This document shows positions 27,767 through 38,456 of a DNA stretch of 64,000 nt, piece after piece. This stretch comes from Candidatus Parcubacteria bacterium. Its GTDB lineage: Bacteria; Patescibacteriota; Patescibacteriia; UBA1558; GWA2-36-10. The notes beneath the pieces are model-generated. The model saw nothing but the letters and a program-made list of their open reading frames with translations. It did not search any database and was not told the origin of the DNA. The stretch is from positions 121,132 through 185,131 of the forward strand of contig JABHSK010000005.1 of assembly GCA_018669975.1 (NCBI GenBank), read 5' to 3'. Each line of letters begins with the position of its first letter. Positions within the stretch are counted from its first letter, which is position 1. A program made the translations under genes and the position numbers.

Positions 27767-30001
27767 ATGATAGCCAAAGCCGAACAAAAATTACTGCTAG
27801 CCAATAAGGTTGTCATTGGTTTGATACTACTGACACCACTAATAGTACATAAATTGTTTGTTAATCCTTTTGAAGTGCCCAAGATTTTGTGGTTTAGAAT
27901 TTTAGTAGAGCTATTATTAGTCTTGTATGTTTTATTGTTGGCACAGAACAAGAAATATAAATTAAACTTTCGACATCCTTTAGTAATTAGCGTTCTAGCT
28001 TTTGTAGTAGCCTTATTCCTCAGTGGTATTTTTGGTGTGCAGTGGACTCGTAGTTGGTGGGGGACACTATCACGTAGTAGCGGACTTTTTAATTGGCTGC
28101 ATATACTAGCTTTCTTTTTGATAACCATCTCTATACTAAAAGAAAAAAAAGATTGGTTGCAATTTTGGAAATTTTTTAGCAGCGTTAGTCTATTGGTTTC
28201 TGTTTACGCAATTTTTCAGAAGATAGGCTGGAATGTATATGAGTCAGGTGTTTTTAGGTTGACTGGTACCATTGGTAATGCGGCTATGTTGGCTGGTTAT
28301 TTATTATTTGGTCTATTTGGCTTTGTTTATCTATTGATTAATTCCAAGAATAATTGGTTGCGTTGGTATTATTTATTTGGTGCAATTTTTAATACTATTA
28401 TTATATTTTTGTCTCAGACTCGTAGTGCTATGATTGGCCTGACGGCAGCAGTTTTATTTGCTCTGGTATTCCTGTCTTTTGGTAAAAATGTGACTAAGCA
28501 AGCCAAAAATTGGCTCAGAATAGCCCTTATTTTGTTAGTTTTGATAGTCGGTGGCTTGTTTGCTGCCAAAGATACAGAACTAGTCAAAAGCAATTATTTA
28601 TTGAGTAGATTTACCGATATTAGAATAGACGATACCACCTTGCAGACTCGTTTTTATTCTTGGCGCGGAGGCTTGGAAGCCTGGCAGGACAAGCCTATTT
28701 TTGGTTGGGGTGAAGCTAATTTTAATATTGCTTACAACAACTATTTTGAAGCTAGTTTTTATGACTATGTTAAGGGTGAGACCTGGTTTGATAAAGCTCA
28801 CAATAACCCAGTTGAATATTTGACGGTCAGTGGCGTAATCGGTTTGGTCACCTATCTGGCTATTTTTGTAATTTTAGTTTTGACTATTATCAAATTAAGG
28901 AAAAGAGATCGAATATCTTATATAGAAACGATTTTATTTTTGAGTTTGCTAATAGCTTACTTTATTCATAACTTGATTGTATTTGATTCTATTAGTACCT
29001 TGATTAGCTTTATGCTGTTTATTGGTCTAGTCTATGGATTGAGTCATCGACAAGATGAAGTGGAACCAAAGCAAGCTCAGTTGAAATTTGCTTTAGTTTA
29101 TATTATTGCTGCTGTGTTGATATTTTTATTTGTAAATATTCGTATTAATATTCCAGTTTGGCAATCTACTATGGAATCTCGAAATGTTATGCAATTGATG
29201 CAAGACAGAGATTATAACAACAATGAGTTATACAGTGATTTGCAAAGTAGTATTGATAGAGACCTACCTTGGGATTGGGAGTTGATTGATAATTACACCA
29301 AGCCAATGATGGATTTAATTAGGGATGAACGTATTCACACTAGCATTGATACAGTTGAGAGTACTTTAGAGGTTATGGCTAATCGTATAGAAGAGATAGA
29401 TCAACCTGAGCTTTTGGATGCCAAGATCTACGCTCGCTTTGCTAGAGTTTATACTTTATTATTAGAACTAAATCCTAACGATCCATATTATTCAGAACGA
29501 GCACAGCATTATTTGAATCGTAGTTTAGAATTGAGTGCCGAGAGAATTCCAACTATGTATATTTTGGCACAGGTACACGCTTTCCTGGGAGAGCAGGAAG
29601 AGGCAGTGGTTGTTTTGGATCAAGCTCGTGATCTTAATGACGAAATACCGCAAACCTATTGGTCATATGCTTTGATTTATAGTGCTCAGGAAGATCAAGG
29701 GGAGTTAGTTGTAGCCAATGTAAAAAAAGCCGTTGATTATGGTTTTGAGTTTACGGATATCAATGATGTAGCTAGTGTTTTACCTGTGTTCCAGGCTGAA
29801 AAAGACTATAAAACCCTAGAATATCTATACGTAGAAGCTATTCGTCTAGATTCAAAAAACCCGCAATGGTATGCGAGTTTAGCGGCTATTTATCAAGAGT
29901 TTGGTGATAAACAAAAAGCCATTGAAACAGTTAATAGGATATTAGAAATAGATTCTGCTTATTTTGAGCAGGTCCAGGAGTTTATAAATTCTTTAGAATA
30001 A
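27767..30001 (+). CDS. O-antigen ligase-like (Wzy_C) membrane protein with C-terminal TPRs; putative oligosaccharyltransferase
   Basis: About 12 TM; RLTGTIGNA, SQTRSAMIG, PIFGWG, FDKAHN; TPR tail. Confidence 0.85.
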   Translation: MIAKAEQKLLLANKVVIGLILLTPLIVHKLFVNPFEVPKILWFRILVELLLVLYVLLLAQNKKYKLNFRHPLVISVLAFVVALFLSGIFGVQWTRSWWGTLSRSSGLFNWLHILAFFLITISILKEKKDWLQFWKFFSSVSLLVSVYAIFQKIGWNVYESGVFRLTGTIGNAAMLAGYLLFGLFGFVYLLINSKNNWLRWYYLFGAIFNTIIIFLSQTRSAMIGLTAAVLFALVFLSFGKNVTKQAKNWLRIALILLVLIVGGLFAAKDTELVKSNYLLSRFTDIRIDDTTLQTRFYSWRGGLEAWQDKPIFGWGEANFNIAYNNYFEASFYDYVKGETWFDKAHNNPVEYLTVSGVIGLVTYLAIFVILVLTIIKLRKRDRISYIETILFLSLLIAYFIHNLIVFDSISTLISFMLFIGLVYGLSHRQDEVEPKQAQLKFALVYIIAAVLIFLFVNIRINIPVWQSTMESRNVMQLMQDRDYNNNELYSDLQSSIDRDLPWDWELIDNYTKPMMDLIRDERIHTSIDTVESTLEVMANRIEEIDQPELLDAKIYARFARVYTLLLELNPNDPYYSERAQHYLNRSLELSAERIPTMYILAQVHAFLGEQEEAVVVLDQARDLNDEIPQTYWSYALIYSAQEDQGELVVANVKKAVDYGFEFTDINDVASVLPVFQAEKDYKTLEYLYVEAIRLDSKNPQWYASLAAIYQEFGDKQKAIETVNRILEIDSAYFEQVQEFINSLE

Positions 30002-31183
30002 TTTTAGATATAAATCTTCAGTCTCTTTGAGGGTCTTGCTCAGGCTGAAGTTTTCTTTTACATTTTTGTAATTGTTGTCTGCTAGTTGATTAGCTAAGTT
30101 TTGGTCTTTGCTTAGTCTACGCATAGCATTTACCAAAGACACAGGATTAGCTGGCGTAGTTAATAGGCCGGTTTTTTCGTTGCTTAAAACTTCGGGAATG
30201 CCACCTACTTTACTGGCGATGATTGGAATCTTGGCTAGTCCAGCTTCTAGGATAGTGTAAGGCAACCCTTCTTTAACAGAAGGTAGTATAAAATAATCAA
30301 AAGCTTGAAGGTATTTCCAATCGTTATCTTTTGGCTTAATGATTTTTATCAAATCTTCCAGTTGATATTTTTCAATCAACTTTTTAATATCAAACAACTC
30401 TATACCCTCACCAATTAAAAGCCACTGATGATTTCTTACCAATAAAGATTTGTTTTCTCTGAGCTGCTTGATAGCCTCTATTAAATATTGATGTCCTTTG
30501 GTATTGTAAAAACTAGCAATAGTGCCAAAATATTTTTTATTATTTGATAAGTCTAGTTTTTGTCTAGCGGTTTGACGATCATAAAAATCGTAGTCTTCAG
30601 CATTAATACCATTATGAACAGAAAATATTTTGCGGGGATCACAGATATTGTTGTCTAAAGCACTTTGTCTATCAAAATCAGAAACAGCAATTATTAAACT
30701 CTGTAGAGAAGTAGAAAATTGTTCGGAAAATTTATAAAGTTTTCGTTGTACTTTTGATCCCGGTTCATTAAAAACAAAACCGTGAGCAGTATAGACGACG
30801 CGAGGTTTTATATTCATAGGATTAAGAGAGAACATCATAGCACCTAAAGTTCCTAATAATCCAACTTTAGAACTATTTAGATGTATTAAATCATAACTTT
30901 CTTTGCTTAATAATCCACTGACACTGGCGATGGCAGAAAAATCTTTTATGATTTCGATATTGCGTACTAGCTTGGGCAGGGGAATAGTCTTTACTTTTAG
31001 CTCTTTGCAAGAGTCTATAAATTTTTGATTTTGCTTGTTTACTTCTCCAAAAGCTATATGTACTTCGTTGTGCTTTTTGAGATATTTTGCTAATTCCAAT
31101 ACATACTTTTGTGCTCCACCCCACTTAGTTTGAGTGACCAGGAGTAGTATTTTTTTGCCTTTTAGTTGTTTTTTATTTGTCAT
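29993..31183 (-). CDS. Glycosyltransferase family 4
   Basis: GGAQKY, YTAHG, HNGI, KGH, PSVKEGLPYTILEA. Confidence 0.93.
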   Translation of the reverse strand: MTNKKQLKGKKILLLVTQTKWGGAQKYVLELAKYLKKHNEVHIAFGEVNKQNQKFIDSCKELKVKTIPLPKLVRNIEIIKDFSAIASVSGLLSKESYDLIHLNSSKVGLLGTLGAMMFSLNPMNIKPRVVYTAHGFVFNEPGSKVQRKLYKFSEQFSTSLQSLIIAVSDFDRQSALDNNICDPRKIFSVHNGINAEDYDFYDRQTARQKLDLSNNKKYFGTIASFYNTKGHQYLIEAIKQLRENKSLLVRNHQWLLIGEGIELFDIKKLIEKYQLEDLIKIIKPKDNDWKYLQAFDYFILPSVKEGLPYTILEAGLAKIPIIASKVGGIPEVLSNEKTGLLTTPANPVSLVNAMRRLSKDQNLANQLADNNYKNVKENFSLSKTLKETEDLYLKLF

Positions 31184-31221
31184 ATTGGGGGTTTTTTACC
31201 TAAAATTAGCCAAATTGTTAA

Positions 31222-31250
31222 TTGATTTATTTTGTAAATACTGGTATAAT
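31222..31250 (+). promoter_or_regulatory. Sigma70 promoter of the GT operon
   Basis: TTGATT-17-TATAAT with extended TG. Confidence 0.7.
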
Positions 31251-31286
31251 TTTATAGAATTTATAAATATTAAGCAAGTAGTAGAT

Positions 31287-32444
31287 ATGAAAAAAATAGT
31301 TATTTTTTCTATAGCCTACCATCCTTTCGTGGGTGGTGCAGAAGTGGCTATCAAAGAGATTACTGATCGTTTACCAGACTATGAATATTATTTGATTACT
31401 AACAAATTTAATGCTGAGTGGCCGGACGAAGAAAAAATTGGCAATATCAATGTTCGACGTCTTGGTAAAGGTAAAAAGTGGGATAAATATTTATATCCCT
31501 TTCGAGCTATTCTTTACACCATGAACTTGCACAAAGTAGTAAAGTTTGATTTTGCTTGGAGTATGATGGCTTTTTATGGAGGTCTTGCAGCCCTGTTTCT
31601 AAAATACAAGACAAAGATTCCATACCTGCTGACTTTGCAGAGCGGGGACAGCGATGAATTTTTACGTAAGCGAACTTGGTTTTGGAGCTATTGGTATAAA
31701 AGAATTTATCGTGAACCAAATATTACTCAGGCAATTAGTAAATTTTTGGCTAAACGTTCTCGTAAGATGGGAAACAGAGGTGAGATTGTCCTCATACCCA
31801 ACGGCGTTGATCTAGCAGTTTTTAAAGCTGGTATATCTGAGGAAGCCAAACAGTCAGTCCGTAAAGAATTAAACATTGCCGATGACGAAAAAATATTTAT
31901 CACTACTTCTAGGCTAGCTCTCAAAAATGGTATTGATGATTTGATCAAGTCTATGAATTTCTTGATTTATAAGAGCGGCATTAAAATAAAATTGCTTATT
32001 CTTGGATCTGGTCCTGACGAAGAAAAACTTAAAGCATTAGCTGAAGAGATGAGAGTAAAGGAGCAGATCTTATTTTTAGGACACCGAGATTACAAAGATT
32101 TACCCAAGTATGTAGAGACTGCTGATATTTTTTGCCGACCATCTTTGTCAGAAGGATTAGGTAATTCATTTTTAGAGTCAATGGCAGTTAATACTCCAAT
32201 TATTGGTACAGAGGTCGGTGGAATTCCTGATTTTCTTCATGATGGTGAGACTGGTTTGTTTTGTAAAGTTAGAAACCCAGTTAGCATTGCCCAGGCTGTA
32301 GAGCGTTATGTAAAAGACAAAGAGCTTTATAAAAAGATTCAAGATGCTGGCAGAGAACTAGTACTTGAGAAATATTCTTGGGATTCTGTAGCCAAACAGA
32401 TGAATCAGGTTTTTCAAGAGGTAGACACTAAGAAGGAAAAATAA
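31287..32444 (+). CDS. Glycosyltransferase family 4
   Basis: GGAE, IPNGVD, SRLALKNG, PSLSEGLGNSFLESM; start moved to ATG 31287. Confidence 0.93.
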   Translation: MKKIVIFSIAYHPFVGGAEVAIKEITDRLPDYEYYLITNKFNAEWPDEEKIGNINVRRLGKGKKWDKYLYPFRAILYTMNLHKVVKFDFAWSMMAFYGGLAALFLKYKTKIPYLLTLQSGDSDEFLRKRTWFWSYWYKRIYREPNITQAISKFLAKRSRKMGNRGEIVLIPNGVDLAVFKAGISEEAKQSVRKELNIADDEKIFITTSRLALKNGIDDLIKSMNFLIYKSGIKIKLLILGSGPDEEKLKALAEEMRVKEQILFLGHRDYKDLPKYVETADIFCRPSLSEGLGNSFLESMAVNTPIIGTEVGGIPDFLHDGETGLFCKVRNPVSIAQAVERYVKDKELYKKIQDAGRELVLEKYSWDSVAKQMNQVFQEVDTKKEK

Positions 32445-32459
32445 TTTTATTAGGCAGCT

Positions 32460-33491
32460 ATGAAAATATTAATCTTAACTCAAAAAGTTGATTATAATGA
32501 CGGAGTGCTAGGGTTTTTTCATAATTGGCTTAAAAAGTTAGCAGAGCGCTTTGAATATATTACTGTTATTTGTTTGGAAAAAGGCGATTGTGATTTACCA
32601 GCTAATGTTGAAGTCTTATCTCTAGGTAAAGAATCTGGCAATGGTCGTTTTACTTATATGCGTTTGTTTTATAAATATATTTTGCAAACCAAAAAGAATT
32701 ACGATGCAGTTTTAGTACACATGAACCCAGAATATGTAGTTTTAGGGGCTTGGCTATGGAAACTATGGGGTAAAAAGATTGCCTTGTGGTACAACCATTC
32801 TTATGGTGACACTAAAGCCACAGCAGCTATTAATTTAGCTCATAAAGTATTTTTTACATCACCCTATGCTTTTGCGACCGGTTTTGAAAAGGCTCAGGCC
32901 ATGCCAGTTGGTATTGATACTGAGCAGTTCAATCCGCAGGACATTAAGAGTGCATCGAGTAGTTTTAAAATTTTAAGCATTGGGCGCATTTCACCAGTAA
33001 AGAATGTTGACACTTTAATTAAGGCAGCGCATATTTTAGAGCAAGATAAATTTGATTTTGTAGTTCATATATATGGTGATGCACCTAGTCGAGATAAAAT
33101 GTATTTTAATACCGTTAAAGAGTCAGCGTCAGATTTAATTAAAAAGGGTAGAGTAGTTTTTCATAAGGGTATAGCTAACATTAAGACACCAGGTGTTTAT
33201 AATCAGCATGATCTATTTGTCAATCTAACGCCAAGCGGTAGTTTTGATAAGACTATTTTAGAATCTATGTCTTGCAAAGTGCCAATTTTAATTTGTAATA
33301 AGTCCCTAGGCAATTTTTTATCAAATGATTTTTTGTTTGAAGAAAACGACACTAAAGATTTGGTTAGGAAAATAAAACATTTAGCTGGAAAAGATTTGCA
33401 GAGCCAGCAAGACAATTTTAGAAAATATGTTATTGAGAAACATAGCCTCAGGGCTTTAATAGAGAAATTTTATCAGGCTTTTAAAAAATAA
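32460..33491 (+). CDS. Glycosyltransferase family 4
   Basis: PVGIDT, GRISPVKN, GSFDKTILESM. Confidence 0.9.
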   Translation: MKILILTQKVDYNDGVLGFFHNWLKKLAERFEYITVICLEKGDCDLPANVEVLSLGKESGNGRFTYMRLFYKYILQTKKNYDAVLVHMNPEYVVLGAWLWKLWGKKIALWYNHSYGDTKATAAINLAHKVFFTSPYAFATGFEKAQAMPVGIDTEQFNPQDIKSASSSFKILSIGRISPVKNVDTLIKAAHILEQDKFDFVVHIYGDAPSRDKMYFNTVKESASDLIKKGRVVFHKGIANIKTPGVYNQHDLFVNLTPSGSFDKTILESMSCKVPILICNKSLGNFLSNDFLFEENDTKDLVRKIKHLAGKDLQSQQDNFRKYVIEKHSLRALIEKFYQAFKK

Positions 33492-33494
33492 ATC

Positions 33495-34625
33495 ATGGCC
33501 AAAGATTTTAAAAAAATAGTTTTAGCAACTGGTATTGTGCCTCCGGACATAGGAGGTCCAGCTACCTATGTGACAAAATTAGGTCAGCAATTTGTGAAAT
33601 TTGGCTATCGAGTCAAAGTGATTAGCTATGGTGATAAAGAATCAGAGATTGATGAAATACTAAGTGTACATAGGATTAGTCGTAAAACAAATGCGCTAAG
33701 TCGCTATTGGCGATATTTTCAACAAGTAAGAAAGCTGGCCAAGTGGGGAGATGTTATCTATGCACAAGATTTGATTAGTGTTGGTTTACCGTGTGCTCTA
33801 GTTAAGGTGTTCAATCCAAAAATAAAAATTATAGTCAGATTGGGCGGAGATTTTTTATGGGAGAAGGCTTACAACAGTGGTTGGAGTAATCAGACTTTGA
33901 GTCAATACCATAGCCAGCCAAAAAATTTCAAAGAAAAAATATATTTAATAATTTATAAATTTTCTTTATCTAAGTTTGATCAGGTTATATTTTCTACTAA
34001 ATGGCAACAGGATATTTATGCTCAATATTTTCCAATAACAAAAAGTAAATCAGTGGTTATTAATAATGCCTTTCCCGAAGATTTGCAAGTGCCAGAAGTT
34101 AGTCAGACAGACAATGCTAGTATTTTATTTGCTGGTCGTTTGATAAAGTTAAAAAACTTAACCAGGGTAATAGAGGCTATTAAGGATATAGCTAATACAA
34201 AAATGACTATTGTTGGTAGTGGTCCAGAAAAAAAATACCTGTTGGAGCTGATTAAAAAACTAAACATGGGGAATAGGGTGCACTTTAAGAATCGTATGCC
34301 TCTGACAGAGTTAGCTAAAGAAATTTCCAGAAGTCATTTTACTATTGTGCCATCCATATCTGAAGTTAGTCCTAATATAGCCCTAGAGTCTATTAGGTTA
34401 AATAAGCCAGTGTTGTTGACCAAGGAATCTGGGTTTTATCCAGAATTTAAAGATAAATTAATGTTTATTGACCCATTAGATGTTGGTGATATTCAAAATA
34501 AAATTGTTACCTTATTTGATGAGGATAAATATAATAAGTATTTAGCTGTTGTTAAAGCAATAGATTCTAGTCGTGGTTGGCATAACCTAGCTGATGAACA
34601 TATTGATTTATTTAAAAAAGTTTAA
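33495..34625 (+). CDS. Glycosyltransferase family 4
   Basis: PPDIGGPATY, GRLIKLKN, PSISEVSPNIALE. Confidence 0.9.
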   Translation: MAKDFKKIVLATGIVPPDIGGPATYVTKLGQQFVKFGYRVKVISYGDKESEIDEILSVHRISRKTNALSRYWRYFQQVRKLAKWGDVIYAQDLISVGLPCALVKVFNPKIKIIVRLGGDFLWEKAYNSGWSNQTLSQYHSQPKNFKEKIYLIIYKFSLSKFDQVIFSTKWQQDIYAQYFPITKSKSVVINNAFPEDLQVPEVSQTDNASILFAGRLIKLKNLTRVIEAIKDIANTKMTIVGSGPEKKYLLELIKKLNMGNRVHFKNRMPLTELAKEISRSHFTIVPSISEVSPNIALESIRLNKPVLLTKESGFYPEFKDKLMFIDPLDVGDIQNKIVTLFDEDKYNKYLAVVKAIDSSRGWHNLADEHIDLFKKV

Positions 34626-34627
34626 TA

Positions 34628-35701
34628 ATGAAAATTTTAGGACTTGGTTTAGACCAAACAATTTTAGATAAAAATTCAGCCTTAGCTCAACGAGCTAGGG
34701 AGTATAGTGATTTGGTAGAAAAATATGTAGTAATCGTACCAGCACAGTCAAATCAAAAAGTAGTTTTGTCCGACAAGGTTATGGTTTACGGAGTTAAAGC
34801 TAGTAATAAAATTTTTACACTCCTGGCCATTTGTAAGTTAGGTAGAAAAATTTTAAAGGGAGACAAGTTTGATGTCATCACTGCACAGGATCAATATTTT
34901 CTTGCTTGGGTTGCTTATCGTTTGGCTAGACAATTTAAGAATGGTTTAGAGATTCAGGTGCATGGTTTTGAAAAATTTTATGGTTTAAGAAAAATAATTG
35001 CTAAGTTTGTTTTGCCACGAGCCAATGTAGTGCGGGTAGTTAGTCAAAGATTAAAAAAACAATTGATAAAAGATTTTAGCGTAAAAGAAAATAACATAGT
35101 AGTAGTGCCCATTTATGTAGATACTAGTCATAATTTATCAAAAATAGACAGACAGGATGATAAATTTATTTTTATGACAGCTAGTCGCTTGGTGCCCGTA
35201 AAAAACATTGGTATGCAAATTGATGCTATGAATAAATTATCCAAAGAACACGATAATGTTGAGTTGCAGATTTTTGGGCAAGGTCCTGTGGAAGGTGAGT
35301 TAAGAGCTAAAGTTAAGTTATTAAAACTAGAAGATAAAGTTATATTTAAGGGTTGGGTTGATAATTTAGAAAAATATTATCAGCAAGCAGATGTTTTTGT
35401 GTTGAGCTCAAACGCGGAAGGTTGGGGCATGGTAATCGTTAAAGCAGCTAGTATTGGTTTGCCGATTATTATGACTGATGTTGGGTGTGCTGGAGAAGTC
35501 ATTAAAGATCAGGAGAGTGGATTGGTGGTGCCGGTTGGAGATACCGAGGTTTTATATCAAGCCATGAAAAATATAATTACCGATAATGACTTACGTAATA
35601 AGATAACAGAAGGGGGTAGACAAGCAGTTCAACAGTTACTAAATAAAGATCAAACCCTAGATTTATATAAGCAGAGTTGGAAGCAAACAATAAACGAATG
35701 A
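34628..35701 (+). CDS. Glycosyltransferase family 4
   Basis: SRLVPVKN, SSNAEGWGMVIVKAA, TDVG. Confidence 0.9.
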   Translation: MKILGLGLDQTILDKNSALAQRAREYSDLVEKYVVIVPAQSNQKVVLSDKVMVYGVKASNKIFTLLAICKLGRKILKGDKFDVITAQDQYFLAWVAYRLARQFKNGLEIQVHGFEKFYGLRKIIAKFVLPRANVVRVVSQRLKKQLIKDFSVKENNIVVVPIYVDTSHNLSKIDRQDDKFIFMTASRLVPVKNIGMQIDAMNKLSKEHDNVELQIFGQGPVEGELRAKVKLLKLEDKVIFKGWVDNLEKYYQQADVFVLSSNAEGWGMVIVKAASIGLPIIMTDVGCAGEVIKDQESGLVVPVGDTEVLYQAMKNIITDNDLRNKITEGGRQAVQQLLNKDQTLDLYKQSWKQTINE

Positions 35702-36792
35702 AGAAAATACTTTTTATAACTAATTCATCATTAGATAATCCTAGGCGTGGCACACCATTGCGTATGCTTAGTGTAGCTAGGCAAATTGCCAAAGAGCATA
35801 AACTTGTTATTTGTACCAAAGATATCGCTGATGATGTTAAAGCTGAATTTGTAGCCTATCCAAAAGGTAATGCTATGCAACGTTTTTTATTTTTTAAAAA
35901 ACTTATCAAGAAACATAAAGTAGATATTGTTTTAGCACACACAGAAATGGAAGTACGTATGCCAGTATTTTTAAAGTTGTTTACCGGAGTTAAAATTGTT
36001 TTGGATATGCATGGTTTGTATGCAGAGGAGATGTACTATCATGGTTTGATGAATAATAGAAAAAGATGGCTGGTAGACAAGGTGGTCAGATTTTTTCTTA
36101 GGTTCTACAACATGCTTTTTATTTGTAATCTAAAACACAAACAATATTATTCACACGTAGCTAACAAGATGAGGTTAGTTTATAATGGTGTGGAAAGTAA
36201 ATTTTTAGAAGTTCAGAGTAATCAAGAGCCAGAAGTATTTACCATCGGCTATGCTGGTAACCTTAAACCATATCAAGGTTTTGATTATTTATTAACAGCT
36301 CTAGCGGAGATAAAAAAGAAAAAGCTATTTGATTTTAGATTAAATTTTGTGTTGAGCAGTGGTACCACGCATATAGAGGGCATGCTTAAGGAACATAATT
36401 TATTGGACAATGCGGATTTACATTTTAAAGTGCCACATGGAGAGGTAAGTAAGATAATTACTAAGTCTAGTGTTTTGGTAGTGCCACGTCCGAGTTTAAA
36501 AATGACCGAGTATGCCTACCCATCTAAACTACCTAGTGATTTACTGACTGGTATTCCCACTATAACAACTAACGTTGGCCCGATTGAACAGTTGTTTAAG
36601 CCAGCTGATTGTTGTGTAGTTATTGCTACAGATGATATAGCTAAAAATTTGGAGCAAGCTTTGGTCAAGGTGCATGGTATGAATAGTCAGGATAGACGAG
36701 ATTTGGGTCAAAGAGCGGTTAATTTTGTAAAAACTACTCTTAGCTGGGATATTTTAGGTAAAGATATTAATAAATACTTAGGTGAGCTATAG
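35698..36792 (+). CDS. Glycosyltransferase family 4
   Basis: DMHG, YAGNLKPYQG, YPSKL. Confidence 0.85.
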   Translation: MKKILFITNSSLDNPRRGTPLRMLSVARQIAKEHKLVICTKDIADDVKAEFVAYPKGNAMQRFLFFKKLIKKHKVDIVLAHTEMEVRMPVFLKLFTGVKIVLDMHGLYAEEMYYHGLMNNRKRWLVDKVVRFFLRFYNMLFICNLKHKQYYSHVANKMRLVYNGVESKFLEVQSNQEPEVFTIGYAGNLKPYQGFDYLLTALAEIKKKKLFDFRLNFVLSSGTTHIEGMLKEHNLLDNADLHFKVPHGEVSKIITKSSVLVVPRPSLKMTEYAYPSKLPSDLLTGIPTITTNVGPIEQLFKPADCCVVIATDDIAKNLEQALVKVHGMNSQDRRDLGQRAVNFVKTTLSWDILGKDINKYLGEL

Positions 36793-36821
36793 TTGACTTT
36801 GTATAGTAAAACTAGTATTAT
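36793..36821 (+). promoter_or_regulatory. Sigma70 promoter
   Basis: TTGACT-17-TATTAT upstream of 36854. Confidence 0.6.
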
Positions 36822-36853
36822 TTTTAAATTAAGAATTAAGTAATAAATTATTT

Positions 36854-37438
36854 ATGCCAAAGGAAGATTGGGCTAAAAATACAGTTAAAAATATATTTAC
36901 TGAAGCTGGATTGTGGCCATGGAAAGAGGGGGAAATTGTATCTATTTTAGATGTAGCCTGCGGCTTATCACTCAAGTCAAAGTTTATCCCAGCTCAAATC
37001 AGAGTAGGGGTGGATATTTATGAAAAATATTTTGATCACATAGAAACAGATGTTCCCTATGTAGTAATGAAGTATGATGTCAGAAAATTAGACGAAATTT
37101 TTTTACCCAATAGTTTTGATATAGTATTAGCATTAGATATTATTGAACACATAGAAAAAGATGAGGCTCAGAGCCTAATCAAGCAATGTGAAAAAATTGC
37201 TAGGAAGGGTGTTATTTTAGAAACACCAAATGGATTGGTTGAACAAAACTTAGACATCACTGGACACGGTGGTCATGAATTTCAGACTCATCGTTGTTCC
37301 TGGACAGATAAAGAATTACAAGGCATGGGATATAAAACAGTGGTTAGAGATTATCAGATGGCGGACATTAAACGTCATACTGACAAAGAAGTTGATACCC
37401 ATATACAATTAATAGATGCAATAAAATTGATTAAATAA
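36854..37438 (+). CDS. Class I SAM-dependent methyltransferase
   Basis: ILDVACG, GVDI, SFDIVLALDIIEH, ETP. Confidence 0.85.
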   Translation: MPKEDWAKNTVKNIFTEAGLWPWKEGEIVSILDVACGLSLKSKFIPAQIRVGVDIYEKYFDHIETDVPYVVMKYDVRKLDEIFLPNSFDIVLALDIIEHIEKDEAQSLIKQCEKIARKGVILETPNGLVEQNLDITGHGGHEFQTHRCSWTDKELQGMGYKTVVRDYQMADIKRHTDKEVDTHIQLIDAIKLIK

Positions 37439-37443
37439 AACAT

Positions 37444-38400
37444 ATGGCAAAAATATTGATTACAGGCAGCAAAGGAGTAGTCGGTTCATGGCTAGAGAAG
37501 ATGCTCAAAGACAAAGGACATGAAGTCTTTGGTATTGATTTATATCATGCAGTTGGTGAAAAAGGCTGGGAACATGAAATGTCTCGTGGTGATTGGCACT
37601 ATGCTCGTTGTGATATTGGTAATTTTAGACAGATAGAAAGAATTTTTAGATTAGCTGGCCCTTTTGATTATGTTTATAATGCAGCAGCTGAATTTGGTAG
37701 ATGGAATGGCGAGGATTATTATGAGAAAGTTTGGCAATCAAATGCCATTGGTACCAAAAATATTATCAAATTACAAGAGCAGCTTGGATTTCGCTTGATT
37801 CATTTTTCTTCATCAGAAGTTTATGGTGATTATGATGATGTTATGCATGAAGATGTTATGAATAAAGTAGTAATTAGGCAGATGAATGATTATGCCATGA
37901 GTAAATGGGTTAATGAGACGCAGGTTAGAAATTCTATTATTCAACACGGCACAGAGACGGTTGTGGTTAGATTGTTTAATACCTATGGGCCAGGTGAGTG
38001 GTACCATCCGTATAGGAGTGTTAATTGTAAATTTTGTTATCATGCTTTACATAAAATGCCAGTGGTAGTTTATAAAGGACATTATCGTACCTCTACCTAT
38101 CTAGAAGACACTTGTCGCACTTTGTCTAATATTGTTGATAATTTTATGCCGGGTGAAATTTATAATATCGGTGGTCTAGAATATCATGACATTGAAACTT
38201 TGGTAGATACTATTTGGAAAGTGACAGGAGCAGATAGAAAATTAATTGATTATAAAGAATCTGAAATTTTAACTACCAAGAGCAAGAAAGTAGACGTGCA
38301 GAAAGCAGTTGATCAATTAGATCACAAACTAACAGTGAAGTTGGATGATGGGGTTAAAGCTACGATAGACTGGATGAAAGATTACTATAAAATAAAATAA
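37444..38400 (+). CDS. NAD-dependent nucleotide-sugar epimerase/dehydratase
   Basis: ITGSKGVVG, SSSEVYG, YAMSK, RLFNTYGP. Confidence 0.92.
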   Translation: MAKILITGSKGVVGSWLEKMLKDKGHEVFGIDLYHAVGEKGWEHEMSRGDWHYARCDIGNFRQIERIFRLAGPFDYVYNAAAEFGRWNGEDYYEKVWQSNAIGTKNIIKLQEQLGFRLIHFSSSEVYGDYDDVMHEDVMNKVVIRQMNDYAMSKWVNETQVRNSIIQHGTETVVVRLFNTYGPGEWYHPYRSVNCKFCYHALHKMPVVVYKGHYRTSTYLEDTCRTLSNIVDNFMPGEIYNIGGLEYHDIETLVDTIWKVTGADRKLIDYKESEILTTKSKKVDVQKAVDQLDHKLTVKLDDGVKATIDWMKDYYKIK

Positions 38401-38413
38401 GACAAATAAAATT

Positions 38414-38447
38414 CCCCGTCGAGTTTAACTCGACGGGGTTTTTGTTT
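38414..38447. terminator. Terminator between convergent genes
   Basis: ccccgtcgag-tttaa-ctcgacgggg followed by tttttgtttt. Confidence 0.85.
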
Positions 38448-38456
38448 TGGCAGTGA

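Noticed and set aside
31134-31286. N-terminal extension of the GT4 ORF given in the track
   Set aside because: Overlaps the divergent gene and a good promoter; ATG 31287 is the more plausible start.
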